Part shown: positions 26,093 to 37,835 of the stretch, piece by piece
Numbering within the stretch: position 1 is the stretch's first letter
Layout of the letters: each line of letters opens with the position of its first letter
Assembly (NCBI RefSeq): GCF_030028105.1
Contig: NC_092397.1
Coordinates: forward strand, 28,301,097-28,365,096
From: Mobula birostris
Lineage: Eukaryota
Reading direction: 5' to 3'
Length of the DNA stretch: 64,000 bases
Program-made: the position numbers and the translations under genes
Notes under the pieces: generated by a model
The model's input: only the letters and a program-made list of their open reading frames with translations
Database searches by the model: none
Told to the model about the DNA's origin: nothing

Positions 26093-27899
26093 AGTGGTGG
26101 CAGAGGATTGGAGGATGGGTCATGTTATCCAGTAACTTAGAATCGAAGGAAAACCAAACACAAGACCATTGTGCAGATGCTGATGGAGGGTCTCGGCCTG
26201 AAACGTTGGCTGTTTCCAGTTTCTCATAGATGCTGCCTGGCCTGCTGAGTTCCTCCAGCACTGCGCGTGTATCGCTGCGAGGAAAAGCCTGGGAGCTGAG
26301 TCAGGGCTGATAACGTCACTGCCCGGCTCAGCAAATTTATCGATGTCACTAAAGTTGGTGTTATCGTGGAGTGTGAAACAATGTAACTAACATTACAACA
26401 GGACGGTGATCAATGAGGTCACTGATTTGAGGAATGACAGATAAATGTGAGATGTGCCATTGTCATTGACGAACCAGGGCAGAACTGCCGTGGGGAATGG
26501 TCTGTCCCTGGGTGTGCTGTAAAACAGAGATATCGGGGTGCAGATATCGAATTCCTTCAGAGTTTAAACACAGGTAAGCAGGACGGTGAAGAAGCTGTTC
26601 GCCACACTCGCATTCATCGGTCAGAGTATCGGGCACTGGACTGTGACGTCACGTTACAGCTCTACCAGCCTCGGGGAAACTACTCTCGGAGCACGGAGTA
26701 CAGTTATAGTTGCCCTGGGATCAGAGGGTGACATTAAACTGGAGAGGGTGCAAAAGGGATTTAACAGGAGGCTGCATAGGCCAGGACCTTTCTCACCAGA
26801 GTGTATGTGACATTAGAGAGGTGAGAAAATAATGGCAGTCATAGATACGGTCAACAGTGAATCTGTTATCTCCAGGTTTATGGAGTTGGAAGCGGGAGAT
26901 TACAGATATAAAGTGAGAGAGGAAACATTTAAATAGGACCCTGAGGAGCAGGTTTTGTACACAGAATGTGCTGTTTACATGGAACAAACTACCCCAAGTG
27001 GTGGTGTAGGTGGGCACAGTTGCAATATCTCTTGGACTGTGGAGAGGGAAGTTTCACAGGGACATGGGCCAAATGCAGGCAACTGACAATAATTTTGTTT
27101 GGCCACTTGGTCAGCATGGATGTGTTGGGCTGAAGGACCTGTTTCTGTGCTGCATAACTCAGTGACTATGTCTGCTGCTGTGGCAGAGCGGGAGGGACGG
27201 TAACAGTAGTGAGAAGGTTTGGGGGATGTATACAGGAGAGTGAATGGTTGAGGATGTGGCAGGTGGAACAGAATGTGGGGAAATGTGCGATCACCCAGTC
27301 TCAGGAACAAACTATCAGAGTCATTTCCACATGAGGATGTTCAGAGGGACCTGGACATTCTTGTAAACAAATCACTTGAGTTTACATGCAGATACAAGTA
27401 ATGAGAGTGCCTGTACTGTGCTGTACTATTCTATGTTCTATTTATATGGGAGGCAGGGTTTGAGGGTCGGCACAACATTGTGGGCCGAAGGGCCTGTACT
27501 GTGCTGTACTGTTCTATGTTCTATGTTCAAACAGTATTTTGTCCTGTGATCCACGGGGATTGTACAAGAGAGTACAGAGGTCTCACTGGGATTATATAGG
27601 GGCCCTGGTGAGAGCACACCTTGAGTATCGTGTCCAGGTTTGGTCACACTTCCTCAGGAAAGATATCCCTGCAATAGAGGGAGTGCAGTGACTGTTCCCC
27701 ACACTGACTGGGCTGGTTCCAGGGATGGAAGGTTGGTTATGCGAGAGGAGAGTGAGTGGGCTGGGTCTGCATTCCCTGCTGTTCATGAGAAAACGAGGAA
27801 ATCTATTAGATTCTTTCAGGATATGACAGGCAATAGGCAAGGAGGATCTTTCCCCTGAATGAGAACTCCATAACTGAGGAAAATACCCTCAGAATGAGG

Positions 27900-28141
27900 C
27901 GTAAATCACAAACACGAGAGAATCTGCTGATGCTGGAAATCAAACGCAACACACACAAAATGCTGGAAGAACTCAGCAGGACAGGCAGCCTCTATGAAAA
28001 AGAGTTAACAGTCGACACTTCGGGCCGAGACACTTCATCAGATCTCAGGGTGAAGATTCTCAGCCCGAAGCATCGACTCGTTACTCTTTCCCATAGATGC
28101 TGCCTGGCCTGCTGACTTTCCCCAGCATTTTGTGTCTGTTG
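27900..28141. mobile_element. Palindromic Penelope-terminal-repeat-derived element with a 12-bp TSD
   Basis: Inverted arms ~27947-28039 and ~28050-28141. Direct repeat CTCAGAATGAGG at 27888-27899 and 28142-28153, inside a CR1. Confidence 0.8.
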
Positions 28142-30019
28142 CTCAGAATGAGGTGACAAGCATTCAGGATGGAAATGAGATGTTTTGTTAATCAGAGAAC
28201 AAAGAACTTTTGTATTCCTTATATAAGTAATGTGGAGCCTCAGTTGCTGGGTTGAGTCAAAGCTGAGATCAACAGTCTCTGGGAGAGATTTAGTCACTAA
28301 GTGAGTCCATAAGACCATAAGATACAGGAGCAGAATTCGGCCATTTTGCCTGTCGAGCCTTCTCTGGCATTTCATCATCACTGATCAATTTTTCCTCTGA
28401 GAGGCAGTCTCCTGCCTTCCATTGTATCCCTTCATGCCCTGACCAATCAAGAATCTATCAATCTCTGCCTATACCCAGTGATTTGGCCTCCACAGCTGCC
28501 TGTAGCAAAAAAAATCACAGATTCACCACTCTGTGGCTGAAGAAATTCCTCCTCATTTCCATTCTAAAAGGATGACCCTCTATTTTGAAGCTGTGTGGTC
28601 CAGTTTTAGACACACCCATCACAGGAAAAATCCTCTCCACATCCACTCAATCAAGCCCTTTCACTATTTGATAGGTTTCAATTTGGTAACCCTTCTTTCT
28701 TCGAAGTTCCAGTGAATAGAGGCCCAGAGCCGTGAAACTCTCTTCATTAGGCAAGCCATTTAATCCTGAGTAAAATTCTCCATTTGTGATGTCATGTCAG
28801 CACAAAAAAATCTGGATTTCAGAGATGTTTGCATTTTGGAATTATGGACCAATCTGCACAGCCCTAATCACTAATTTGTACTGCAGTGAACACTGTTAAT
28901 TTAACCCATGCAATCCCAGGCATACAGATGCAAAATAAAGACAATTCTAAATTGAAAGTAGGAAAGTTGAACCTTACTTGGAGGTAAAGCCTGATTACTA
29001 GGCCTCAGAACATTCTACTCCCCAAATGGTCAAAATAAAGCCAAGTAACAAGGTCTAAAATACCCACAACATGCAGAATTACATGCCTCTCGTTACCTTG
29101 ATCCATGGGATAAACACAAGCGGGCCTGATTAACCCTGGCTGGGTTGTCTGGGCGAGGATGTCTCATGATTAAAGACCCAAAACACTCAATGACCCCAGG
29201 TTGCTTTACTGATGATGTGTCCCTTTGCAACACCCGGTTCATTAAGCCAAGTGGTGTCAGGCCACATTAATGAAGGGAATGGGCCAGATTGAAGTGACTC
29301 CACTACATTACCCTATCCACCATAGCCCCACCTATCTCACCATACTAAACTCCACAGCCTTATCTCTCCCAGCCCCACATATACATCCACCAGCCCGACC
29401 CTCAAACCTAATTCTGAGGTCCAAGGGGGCACACACCCCAACTAACCCTGGACACACCCCCACAAACCCGATGACCAGTGTAAGGGGGGGGGGGGAAGAT
29501 GCACTAAAGGCAAGTGTTGGACTTGGTTGATGAAGGCATGGGCCAGATCAAAGTGGCAGCGTTGTGTGACACTGAATCTAGAGTGACGAGATGAAGAAGC
29601 ACAAGAGGGATGATTCTCCCACTGCCGGCATAATCTGTTTGTTATTTTGATTTTGTTCTGATAGTCTTCTGTCTGTTTGAATATTTTGGTATAATTCATA
29701 TTTAATATCAGTGTTCCTTGTCAGTGTTGTGTCTCTGATGCAATGTGTCTGTGATGCTGCTACAAATACTTTGTTCCTTTCACCTGTGCATAAATAAACT
29801 CGATTTAAACTTTACACTGAAATGTCCAAATCTCTCCTTCACTCTCCTGCAGCCCTATGTCATGAACTAAATGCTCTAGTGTTTAATTTTACAATATTTC
29901 ATCTGATTTTATTTTCATTCGGCTTTTGAAATTGCGTTTCCCTTTTCAATTTCAGCCCGCAGCCCGGCCTGTCTCTGCCCTTCAGTACTTCCTCCCGCAT
30001 CAAACGACAGCGGTAAACC

Positions 30020-30180
30020 CCGCCCATTGGCGCCGTTCCGATTGGTGATTCATTTCTCCAAACAGCCAATAGAAATGCACAGTATTCCCATCCTCATTAA
30101 CATACCGCTTTGGGCGCTGCCTATTTAATCCGCGCTCCGAACAGCTTCTGCTTATTATTGTGTTTGAAACCGACGAGGAA
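30020..30180 (+). promoter_or_regulatory. H2B promoter
   Basis: ATTGG boxes, CCAAT at 30066, octamer-like ATTAACAT 30096-30103, TATTTAA 30122-30128. Confidence 0.75.
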
Positions 30181-30555
30181 ATGCCGGATCCAGCGAAACC
30201 CGCTCCCAAGAAGGGCGCCAAGAAAGCTTTGTCCAAGCCAGCGAGCAAGACTGGCAAGAAGCGCAAGAGGTCGAGGAAGGAGACTTACGCCATCTACATC
30301 TACAAAGTGATGAAGCAGGTTCACCCCGACACCGGCATCTCCTCCAAGGCCATGAGCATCATGAATTCATTTGTCAACGATATTTTCGAGCGCATCGCGG
30401 GCGAGGCTTCCCGCCTGGCCCATTGCAACAAGCGGTCCACCATCAGCTCCCGGGAGATCCAGACCGCCGTGCGCCTGCTGCTGCCCGGGGAGCTGGCCAA
30501 GCACGCCGTGTCCGAAGGGACAAAGGCGGTGACCAAGTACACCAGCTCCAAGTGA
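30181..30555 (+). CDS. H2B: Histone H2B, replication-dependent, with Tyr-to-Cys at the human Y83 position
   Basis: ATG at 30181; 124 aa [11 protein letters not shown]...KYTSSK; stem-loop follows. Confidence 0.97.
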   Translation: MPDPAKPAPKKGAKKALSKPASKTGKKRKRSRKETYAIYIYKVMKQVHPDTGISSKAMSIMNSFVNDIFERIAGEASRLAHCNKRSTISSREIQTAVRLLLPGELAKHAVSEGTKAVTKYTSSK

Positions 30556-30592
30556 AGACAAGTTCACTGACAAAACAAACCGGAAAATCAAA

Positions 30593-30632
30593 GGCTCTTT
30601 TAAGAGCCACTCACGGTTTCATTAAAAGAGTT
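30593..30632 (+). terminator. Histone 3' stem-loop and downstream element (H2B)
   Basis: GGCTCT-TTTA-AGAGCC at 30593-30608; AAAAGAGTT at 30624-30632. Confidence 0.95.
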
Positions 30633-30859
30633 ACACGATGTTGAGACATGGAATTGAGGTAAATTTGGAATTGCTCATTCAGAATCTTATTCCCGTTAAT
30701 CAGAATTTGCTGTCCGCTGCTCAGTATAATCCCAATTTCTCTGTTAATTCCTGCCAACTGCCCAGGCACGGAATCATTACACACCCCTTTCCCCGTCGCT
30801 TCCTCTCGGTCATCAGATTTCTCTGACATGGACGCTAATGTTTCTGGTTTAATTACCGT

Positions 30860-31395
30860 GGGTTCATTAAGCTTTGTCCCATTTTGGATACTTCTCTTAA
30901 CCCCATTCCGACGCGAGAGCTGAATACTGTCACGGGTCGTTCAGAGCATTTGTTAAAGCTCCACTTTCTGCCGGGCGACCCGTTGCTAAACTGACTTGAG
31001 TTTACACAATGACCGACCGCGAACAGCAGCTGAGAATCGGTTTTATTCCAATCGTTTATCAATTGAAAGATATCGGTGAACTAATGTCCCAGACACCATC
31101 GCAATATTAACTACACTTTGTTTAAGTGTGTCGGACTCCAGTAACGGGGGTAAAGAGCCGACAAACAAGCCTGTTGCGGTTTAATTTCAGCAACAAAGGC
31201 TTTTTTGGCGGTGTATTGCAAATTTCAGTTTATTTCGGCGGTTAGACGGTATTTTCCGCGCTTCTACAGTTGCTGTCTCTTGATTGGTGAATAAGGCAGC
31301 TCTGTGATTGGAATATTTGCTCTTTCCAATCAGAATGGGCACTGGTTCACCAATCAGAAACGCCCCACTACATTCCGCACCCCCCCCCGCCCCGC
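30860..31395 (+). pseudogene. Orphan H2B-H2A spacer and H2A promoter; H2A CDS absent
   Basis: Colinear with ~40210-40745, including CGCGCTTCTAC, CTCTTGATTGGTGA(A/T)TAAGGCAG and two CCAAT boxes, but followed by a LINE. Confidence 0.8.
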
Positions 31396-31399
31396 CTGC

Positions 31400-33200
31400 A
31401 TCAGAAGGGCGATTTCCAGAAGCCTGATTTCTAATGGTCAAAACTTCAAGTTTATTTCTGATTTATCAAATCTATGTGATGTTATATGTATTCAGGAAAC
31501 CTGATTGCTATCGCATTTAAGTTCTTCCTTCCAGTGTTATATTGTAATTAAGCGTGATAGATTAGTTGGTAGAGGAGGTGGTGTTGCAAGTTTTTTAATG
31601 AGAGGGAGAGGGCATAAAGTTGTGGATGTAAATGAAATGTATGAGGCATTTGAAGACACATTTGATTCCACAGGTAGGGGCAATAAAGTGGTATATTATT
31701 ATAACGTCGACTGTACCTCTTCCTAGAGATGCTGCCTGGCCTGCTGCGTTCACCAGCAACTTTTATGCGTGTTGCTTGAAATTCCAGCATCTGCAGATTT
31801 CCTCGTGTTTGTGTATTATTATAACCATTGTGGAAAGCTTCCGATTGATTTGTTGGAGAGCATACGTAGCTCTAGCTCACTATGGGTTGTATGATGTGGG
31901 GATTTTAACACATAGTTAGTTCACTGTGGGGTTGTTCTCAGATTGGTGATATTTTGTTTATAGAAGAGTTTCAGATATTTCATATCCTGTTAGTCTTTAT
32001 GGTGGGAGAGGTACGAGATTTAATGTTCATAATAGTTCTGAAAATGCTGCAAATTTAACTTCAGTTTTGAATATTGGAGTGAGTAGTGGGATGTCATGGG
32101 AGATGAGGCATTGGGGAGTGATCATTTTCCTATGTTTATAAGCTTGAGTTTGGATTTATATAGGGGGCATGAGGCCACTTTTAGGAGATGGAGCTCTGGT
32201 AAAGCAAATTGGGAGAAGTTTGAATGTTTTATGTGCTGAGCGTCTGTCTGGGCTGAATGGTGAGGATGATGTGGATTTCTGCAAAGAAACGTTGTCACAT
32301 TATTCATCAAATAGTGGTGGAAGAGATTCAATTTAAAAAGTGCATTAGTGGGAGAAAAGCTGTACCGTGGTGGACGGAGGAGTGTGCAGAGGCAGTTACT
32401 GAGAGAAACGTGGCATTTCCGAAAGTTAAGTATCACTCTCCGCGTGATCATATTAAGTGTAACAGGTCACAGGCCGTGCTGAGGAAAGTAATGAAGCTTG
32501 TAAAAAAGATTTACTGGAGGTCACATTGTGAAAGTATTGGAAGGACTATTAAACTTGAAGATGTTTGGGGAATGACTAAGAAAATGGGGGTGTGGGATTC
32601 ATAGGGTTCCGAATATTGATTAAAGAAGGTAATACAATTGTTCCTGAAGGAGAGACGGTTGAGTCCTGGCTCGGTCATTTGCTGCAATTCATAATCAAAA
32701 TAGGTGGAGAGACTAAACAATGTAGCGATAAGGTTTTACAAGAATACCTTAATGTGTTGGAAACCAGCTGTAGCAATGATAGTATTAGTGATGTAGAGTT
32801 TCTTTGTGTGAATTTAAGAAAGCTATTTATAGTACAGGTCAGACGGCTCCAGGAAAGGATGATACATGTTATTGCATGTTTAAACATATGGTCAACAACT
32901 CTCTTGAGATAATATGACATTTTTAAAATCATAATTGAAGTTCAGGCCATCTTCCCTCCTCATGGAAAATGGCAATTGTAGTGTCTATTCTAAAACCTGG
33001 GAAACCCCTGATGGATCCTCCTAGTTATAGACCAATATCACTGACGTCCCATTTGTGTAAACTTACGGAATGGATGGTGATAGTGTGGTTGAATTATATT
33101 TTGGAAAAGGGAGGTGATGTGCTGTTGTTAACAGACTGGATTAATTTGAGGGGCAAGTGCTGGTTCCACGCCACATGTTTCAAAAGCAGTCAATGATTTT
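31400..33200 (+). mobile_element. Degenerate I/Nimb-like LINE (EN and start of RT)
   Basis: DVICIQET, RDRLVGRGGGVA, SDHFP, KAVPWWTEEC, WKMAIVVSILKPGKPLMDPPSYRPISLTSHLCK. Confidence 0.75.
31706..31813 (+). mobile_element. Short Penelope terminal-repeat insertion with a 12-bp TSD
   Basis: Nearly identical to 2619-2725. TATTATTATAAC at 31694-31705 and 31814-31825. Confidence 0.85.
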
Positions 33201-33264
33201 ATGCAGAAAACTCCGCAGCTACTTGAACACAGCAAGCTTCCACAAACAATATACTCAATGGAGA

Positions 33265-33790
33265 CGTCAATCCATGGCCTCGTATACTGTCGCAATGAGG
33301 CCACACTCAGGTAGGAGGAACAACACTTTGTATTCTGTCTGGGCAGCCTCCAATCTGATGGCATGAACATCGACTTCTTGATCTTCCAGTCATGCCTCCC
33401 CTCGCTCATCATTCCCCATCCCCCTTTCCCTCTCATTGCCTGCCCATCGCCTCCCTCTGGTGTTCCTCCCCCCTTTTCTTTCATCCACGGCCTTCTGTTC
33501 TCTCCTGTCAGACTCCCCCTTCTCCAGCCCTGTATCTCTTTCACCAAACAACTTCCCAGCTCTTTACTTCATCCCTCCCTCTCCCAGTTCCACCTGTCAC
33601 TTTGTGTTTCTCTCTCCCTTCCCCACCTTTAAAATTTACTCCTCATTGTTTTTTCTCCAGTCCTGCTGAAGAATCTCGGCCCAAAACGTCAGCTGTACTT
33701 TTATCCACAGATGCTGCCTGGCCTGCAGAGTTTCTCCAGCATGTTGTGTGTGTTCCTTCGATTTCCAGCATCTGCAGATTTTCTCCTGTT
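33265..33790 (+). mobile_element. Penelope-like element 3' end (GIY-YIG C-terminus and terminal repeat)
   Basis: Encodes EEQHFVFCLGSLQSDGMNIDF, then a pyrimidine tract and a degenerate hammerhead-like motif at ~33659-33695. Confidence 0.8.
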
Positions 33791-34854
33791 TATTACTCAA
33801 TGTCAACAAGCATTTTATATGACAACTGTCACAGTCCCACTCATTTAGAAATGCAGATATGAAACTCGAGGTTCAGCAGATGCTGGGAATAAACTCTGAA
33901 GTGACACACACAAAGTACTGCGGGAACTCAGCAGGTCAGGCAGCAGCTAAACAGAGGAATAAACAGTCTAGGTAGGATGAAGTGTCTTGGCCCATAATAT
34001 CAACTATTTATTTGTCTGCACAGATGCTGCTGGGGGGCACTGAGTCCCTCCAGTATTTTGCAAACATAAACCTCTTTTTTTTCAGTCAATCAGTTTCCAA
34101 ATGTTGCTGAACTTTCATTTGCAGCCTCATCCTCCTGGTCTGATTCCCTCCTTCTACTCTACGTAAACTCAAGCCTCCATCACATCTGGAGCTCCAAAGC
34201 CCTCATTTGTGCTGACCCCTCTTCTTTCTGCTCCACCATTCTGCTGTCGTACTTTAGAGGAGAGTGTTGTATTGCAACAGCCCAGCAATGTGAGGCACAG
34301 CCCTTCGAAATCAGTGAAAATGACACAAAACAATGAACAGAGCGGGACAGGAAGATTTTAACAACACAAGACTTCAGCCTTGGTCCAGAGCTGTGAGGGA
34401 TGAGGAATATTTGGGAGAAAACCACAGTAAATTAATCCTCTGCAGTTTACAGAAAGTCGTGGAGTGAATTCAAGGTAAACCTCTTCATCCCCAGACCGGT
34501 GACCAGTTACATCCTGAACATTATAGGGTGAGTTAGTGGTGAACGGCAGGGATGAGTTTGAAAGCTCTGGTGTGCAATAGGAACACAAGCAGGTACCAGC
34601 TGGACTGGGTGGCCTCTCGACTGTTCATTGTCAGTGTGACAGGGAGGAAGCACCTGAGACACAGGATTTGAAATGGAATTGATCTATTTGTCTATGACAG
34701 ATCCACAATATTAAACATCAGTGTATTTTAAGATGGTGGGATGAACCCCCTCAATGCTCAGTAACCAGGGTTCAGTCCTGGGTCTGATGACCAGCCACAA
34801 TATCTGTGGAATCTGACATTAACAGTCCCATATACAGCTTATTATAACTTCCTC

Positions 34855-35429
34855 CCTGATGTGAAGTTGCTGGTGTTTCAGCAGGTGGGATGACTTGAGT
34901 AAATTTCTTTGCTGACTCAGGACAGAAGTGTGTCCTCTATGAATTGTAAACTCACTGGAGCCTCACACGGTGGGTGAACTGAATGAATCTCCTCCCACAC
35001 TCGGAACAGGTGTGAAGCTATACTGAGAGACAGAGACAACAGAGCCAAGTCTAGCTGCTCACCAGTGTGAACTGGCTGGTGTTTTAATAGCTCATGTGAC
35101 TGAATGAATCCCGTCTGCCATGGAGCAGGTGAATGGCCTCTCCCCGTGTGAACTTGCTGGTGTATCTGCAGGTGCAGTGGCCTGGTGAATCCCTTCCAAA
35201 ATGAGAGGCGGTGAACGCCAACTCACTGGTATCAACTCTATGGCCATTTATCAGGTCAGTCCATGGACAAGTCCACGTATTGGGACTCTGGTGTGCTGTC
35301 TTCTCAACCATCTCCCCCTTCATATTCAGTGACTGGTAGCATTCAAATGCTGGGGAACCGACAGACACAGCAGAAGTGACACGCTGTTGCATTTGAGATT
35401 CTCAGACAGAAATTCTTTGCCTTTTCTGC
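34855..35429 (-). pseudogene. C2H2 zinc-finger pseudogene, terminal exon
   Basis: Acceptor TTTTACAG at 35437-35430. Frameshifted fingers: GKGFTRPLHLQIHQQVHTG-RPFTC, GFIQSHELLKHQPVHTGE, CSECGRRFIQ, SSHLLKHQQLH. Confidence 0.8.
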
Positions 35430-36714
35430 CTGTAAAATGTTTGCAAAGAAGATCAACAGGTGAAAGAGAATATATCTCAGCTGAGGTTATTTTGGTTTTC
35501 ATGTTGATGTCTGATGTCACACTGTTACAGTGAGGCTGAACACTGTGCGGAGGAACAACACTTCTAACTGGGCATAGTTCAGGCATAAGGACACAACATC
35601 AAATTCTCTGTTTTCATCTCTGCCCATCAAGCTGTGACTTGGCTCAGTGTGTCTCTCTCCATTACTTATAGCTTCACATTCTGGGTATCTCCCACAGACC
35701 TACTGAGCACACAATACAAACAGAGCTGCTTTGTGAGAGTTTCTGCTGATCGTGACCCTGCTGGCATTTGACTGTAGTAAACTCAGAGTCAGCAATGCCA
35801 TTAACCCTCAAGAGAATGTGATCAGGTTTTCTTGGTGCAGATTGACACTGCGGTATTCTTGCAGTGTGAAGACTTTTACAAATAAAATGGCATGAGGCAT
35901 TTTCTGTTTCAGGAAAACCATAACAACTCGTTTATTGTCCTCCAAATACAGAAACATAAAGCACAGTTTAAAAAAAACACTTCACATACTTACATCATAA
36001 CAGCAGTCCAGCTTCTAAAAGAGAAACACAACAGAATGTCAGTGGTCATTAATTACACACATTTCCAGCCATGACATTACCCTACGGTGACCCCACCCCC
36101 CACTGAATCCTCTTACTGCTCCCCCTCTGTGATCTTTAGAGCAGTTTACTTCCTTTCAGTGACACTTGCAAGATAATACAGAGAAACACATCAAGTTCTC
36201 TCGTGTATTAGTGCTCCTAAGGGTGCTGCCATTTACTGTGGAGTTTCTTACGACATTTTACCTGTAAAACTCCTCACACTTGTCCAGATTAAAATCCATT
36301 TCCCCCACTTCTCCATCCATGATTCCAATTGATCTATATCCACTTCTGTCCATTTGACAACCTTCCTCGCCACCCACAACTATACCAACATTCGTGTCAT
36401 CAGCGATCTGATCCGCCCATGTGTGTTTTAATCTGATCAAACAAAGGTCCCATCACTGATCACTGTGGACACACTGGTTACATATCTACAGTCAAAATCA
36501 TTCTCAATCCTATCAGTTCAAATTTTGCTACACGATACACACCATTCAAACCCTCCCACACCGAGACTCGAGGAAAGTTACACATTTATCACAAGACCAG
36601 AGTTGGGTTGAATGGTCTGGGCTTGTTACTCTGGATGCTCTGCTCCAAAGTCCATTCAGATTAGTACAAGGTAACCAGATACATCATCACTGAGACACTG
36701 ATGTACAGCATTGT

Positions 36715-37150
36715 GTCACAAACAGGAGAAAATCTACAGTTGCTGGAAATCCAAGCCACACACACAAATGCTGAACAAACTCAGCGGGTCAGGCAGCATC
36801 TATAGAAAAAAAAACACAGCCACTGTTTTGGGACAAAACCCTTCGGCAGTACTTAGGAGAAAATCTGAGGAGTAGATTTAAAAGGTGGGGAAGGGGAGAG
36901 AGAAAATAAGGTGCGGGTGAAACCTGTAGGGGGCTGGGAAGTTGATTAGTGAAAGAGACAGGAGGCCATGGAAGAAAGAAAAGGAGGGAGGAGCACCAGA
37001 GGGAGATGGTGGGTGGGCAAGATGATGGGAAATGGTGAAAAGGGGGGTGTGGGAGGCATTACCAGAAATGCGATAGTTCGATGTTCATGCCGTCAGGTTG
37101 GAAGCCACCCATAAGGTGTTGTTCCTCCAACAAATGTGTGGCCACATCGC
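36715..37150 (-). mobile_element. Penelope-like element 3' end
   Basis: Reverse-complement relative of 33265-33790 (LEEQHL...FQPDGMNIE). Confidence 0.75.
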
Positions 37151-37266
37151 ATTGTGTGATATTGTTTAAAAAGCTAAAAAGAATTCAAGTGTGAGGATGA
37201 ATCTGAAAGAAGTTTCTACATTTACATTGCATGAGAGACTGGGAGACACAGTGCCAAGTACCAACT

Positions 37267-37437
37267 CCCACACTGTACCGGAAACTGACAGGTACAGAAT
37301 GAACGTCACACTGTAGCAGAGGCTGACAGGTAGAAAATGAACCCCACACTCTCATACTGTACCAGAAACTGACGGGTACAGAATGAACCCCACACTCTCA
37401 CACTGTACCAGAGACTGACGCGTACAGAATGAACCCT
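37267..37437. repeat. Minisatellite, 38-46-bp units, ~4 copies
   Basis: Repeated CACACTGTACCAGARACTGACRGGTACAGAATGAACC. Confidence 0.85.
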
Positions 37438-37562
37438 GTACGTAATGTACAGACATTACGTACTTTAACAAACCCGAACAACGCTCCTCCCCAACTCAAG
37501 ACAGCACCACTTTGATCAATTTATACTGCAGTGGACTGTCTTGAGACTCGTTCAAATTCTCT

Positions 37563-37668
37563 GCAACACACATCAAAGTTGCTGGTGAACGCAGCAGGCC
37601 AGGCAGCATCTCTAGGAAAGAGGTACAGTCGACATTTTGGGCCGAGAACCTTCGGCAGGACTAACTGC
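37563..37668 (-). mobile_element. Penelope terminal-repeat fragment with a mutated hammerhead-like core
   Basis: Minus strand reads AGTCCTGCCGAAGGTTCTCGGCCCAAAATGTCGACTGTACC, then the same body as 2619-2725. Confidence 0.75.
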
Positions 37669-37835
37669 TAATTCTCTTCTCTTTTTACAATTCTGTACAG
37701 CAGTTTAGTTCTTGTGAGCACTGTATCGTGGATACTATGTGTTTATGATGCTGCTGCAGTAAATTTATCTTTCACCTGGTCCATTTGACCTTCGGTCTCC
37801 TGCTGTCCTGTTTCATTACATAAACGTTTCATATT

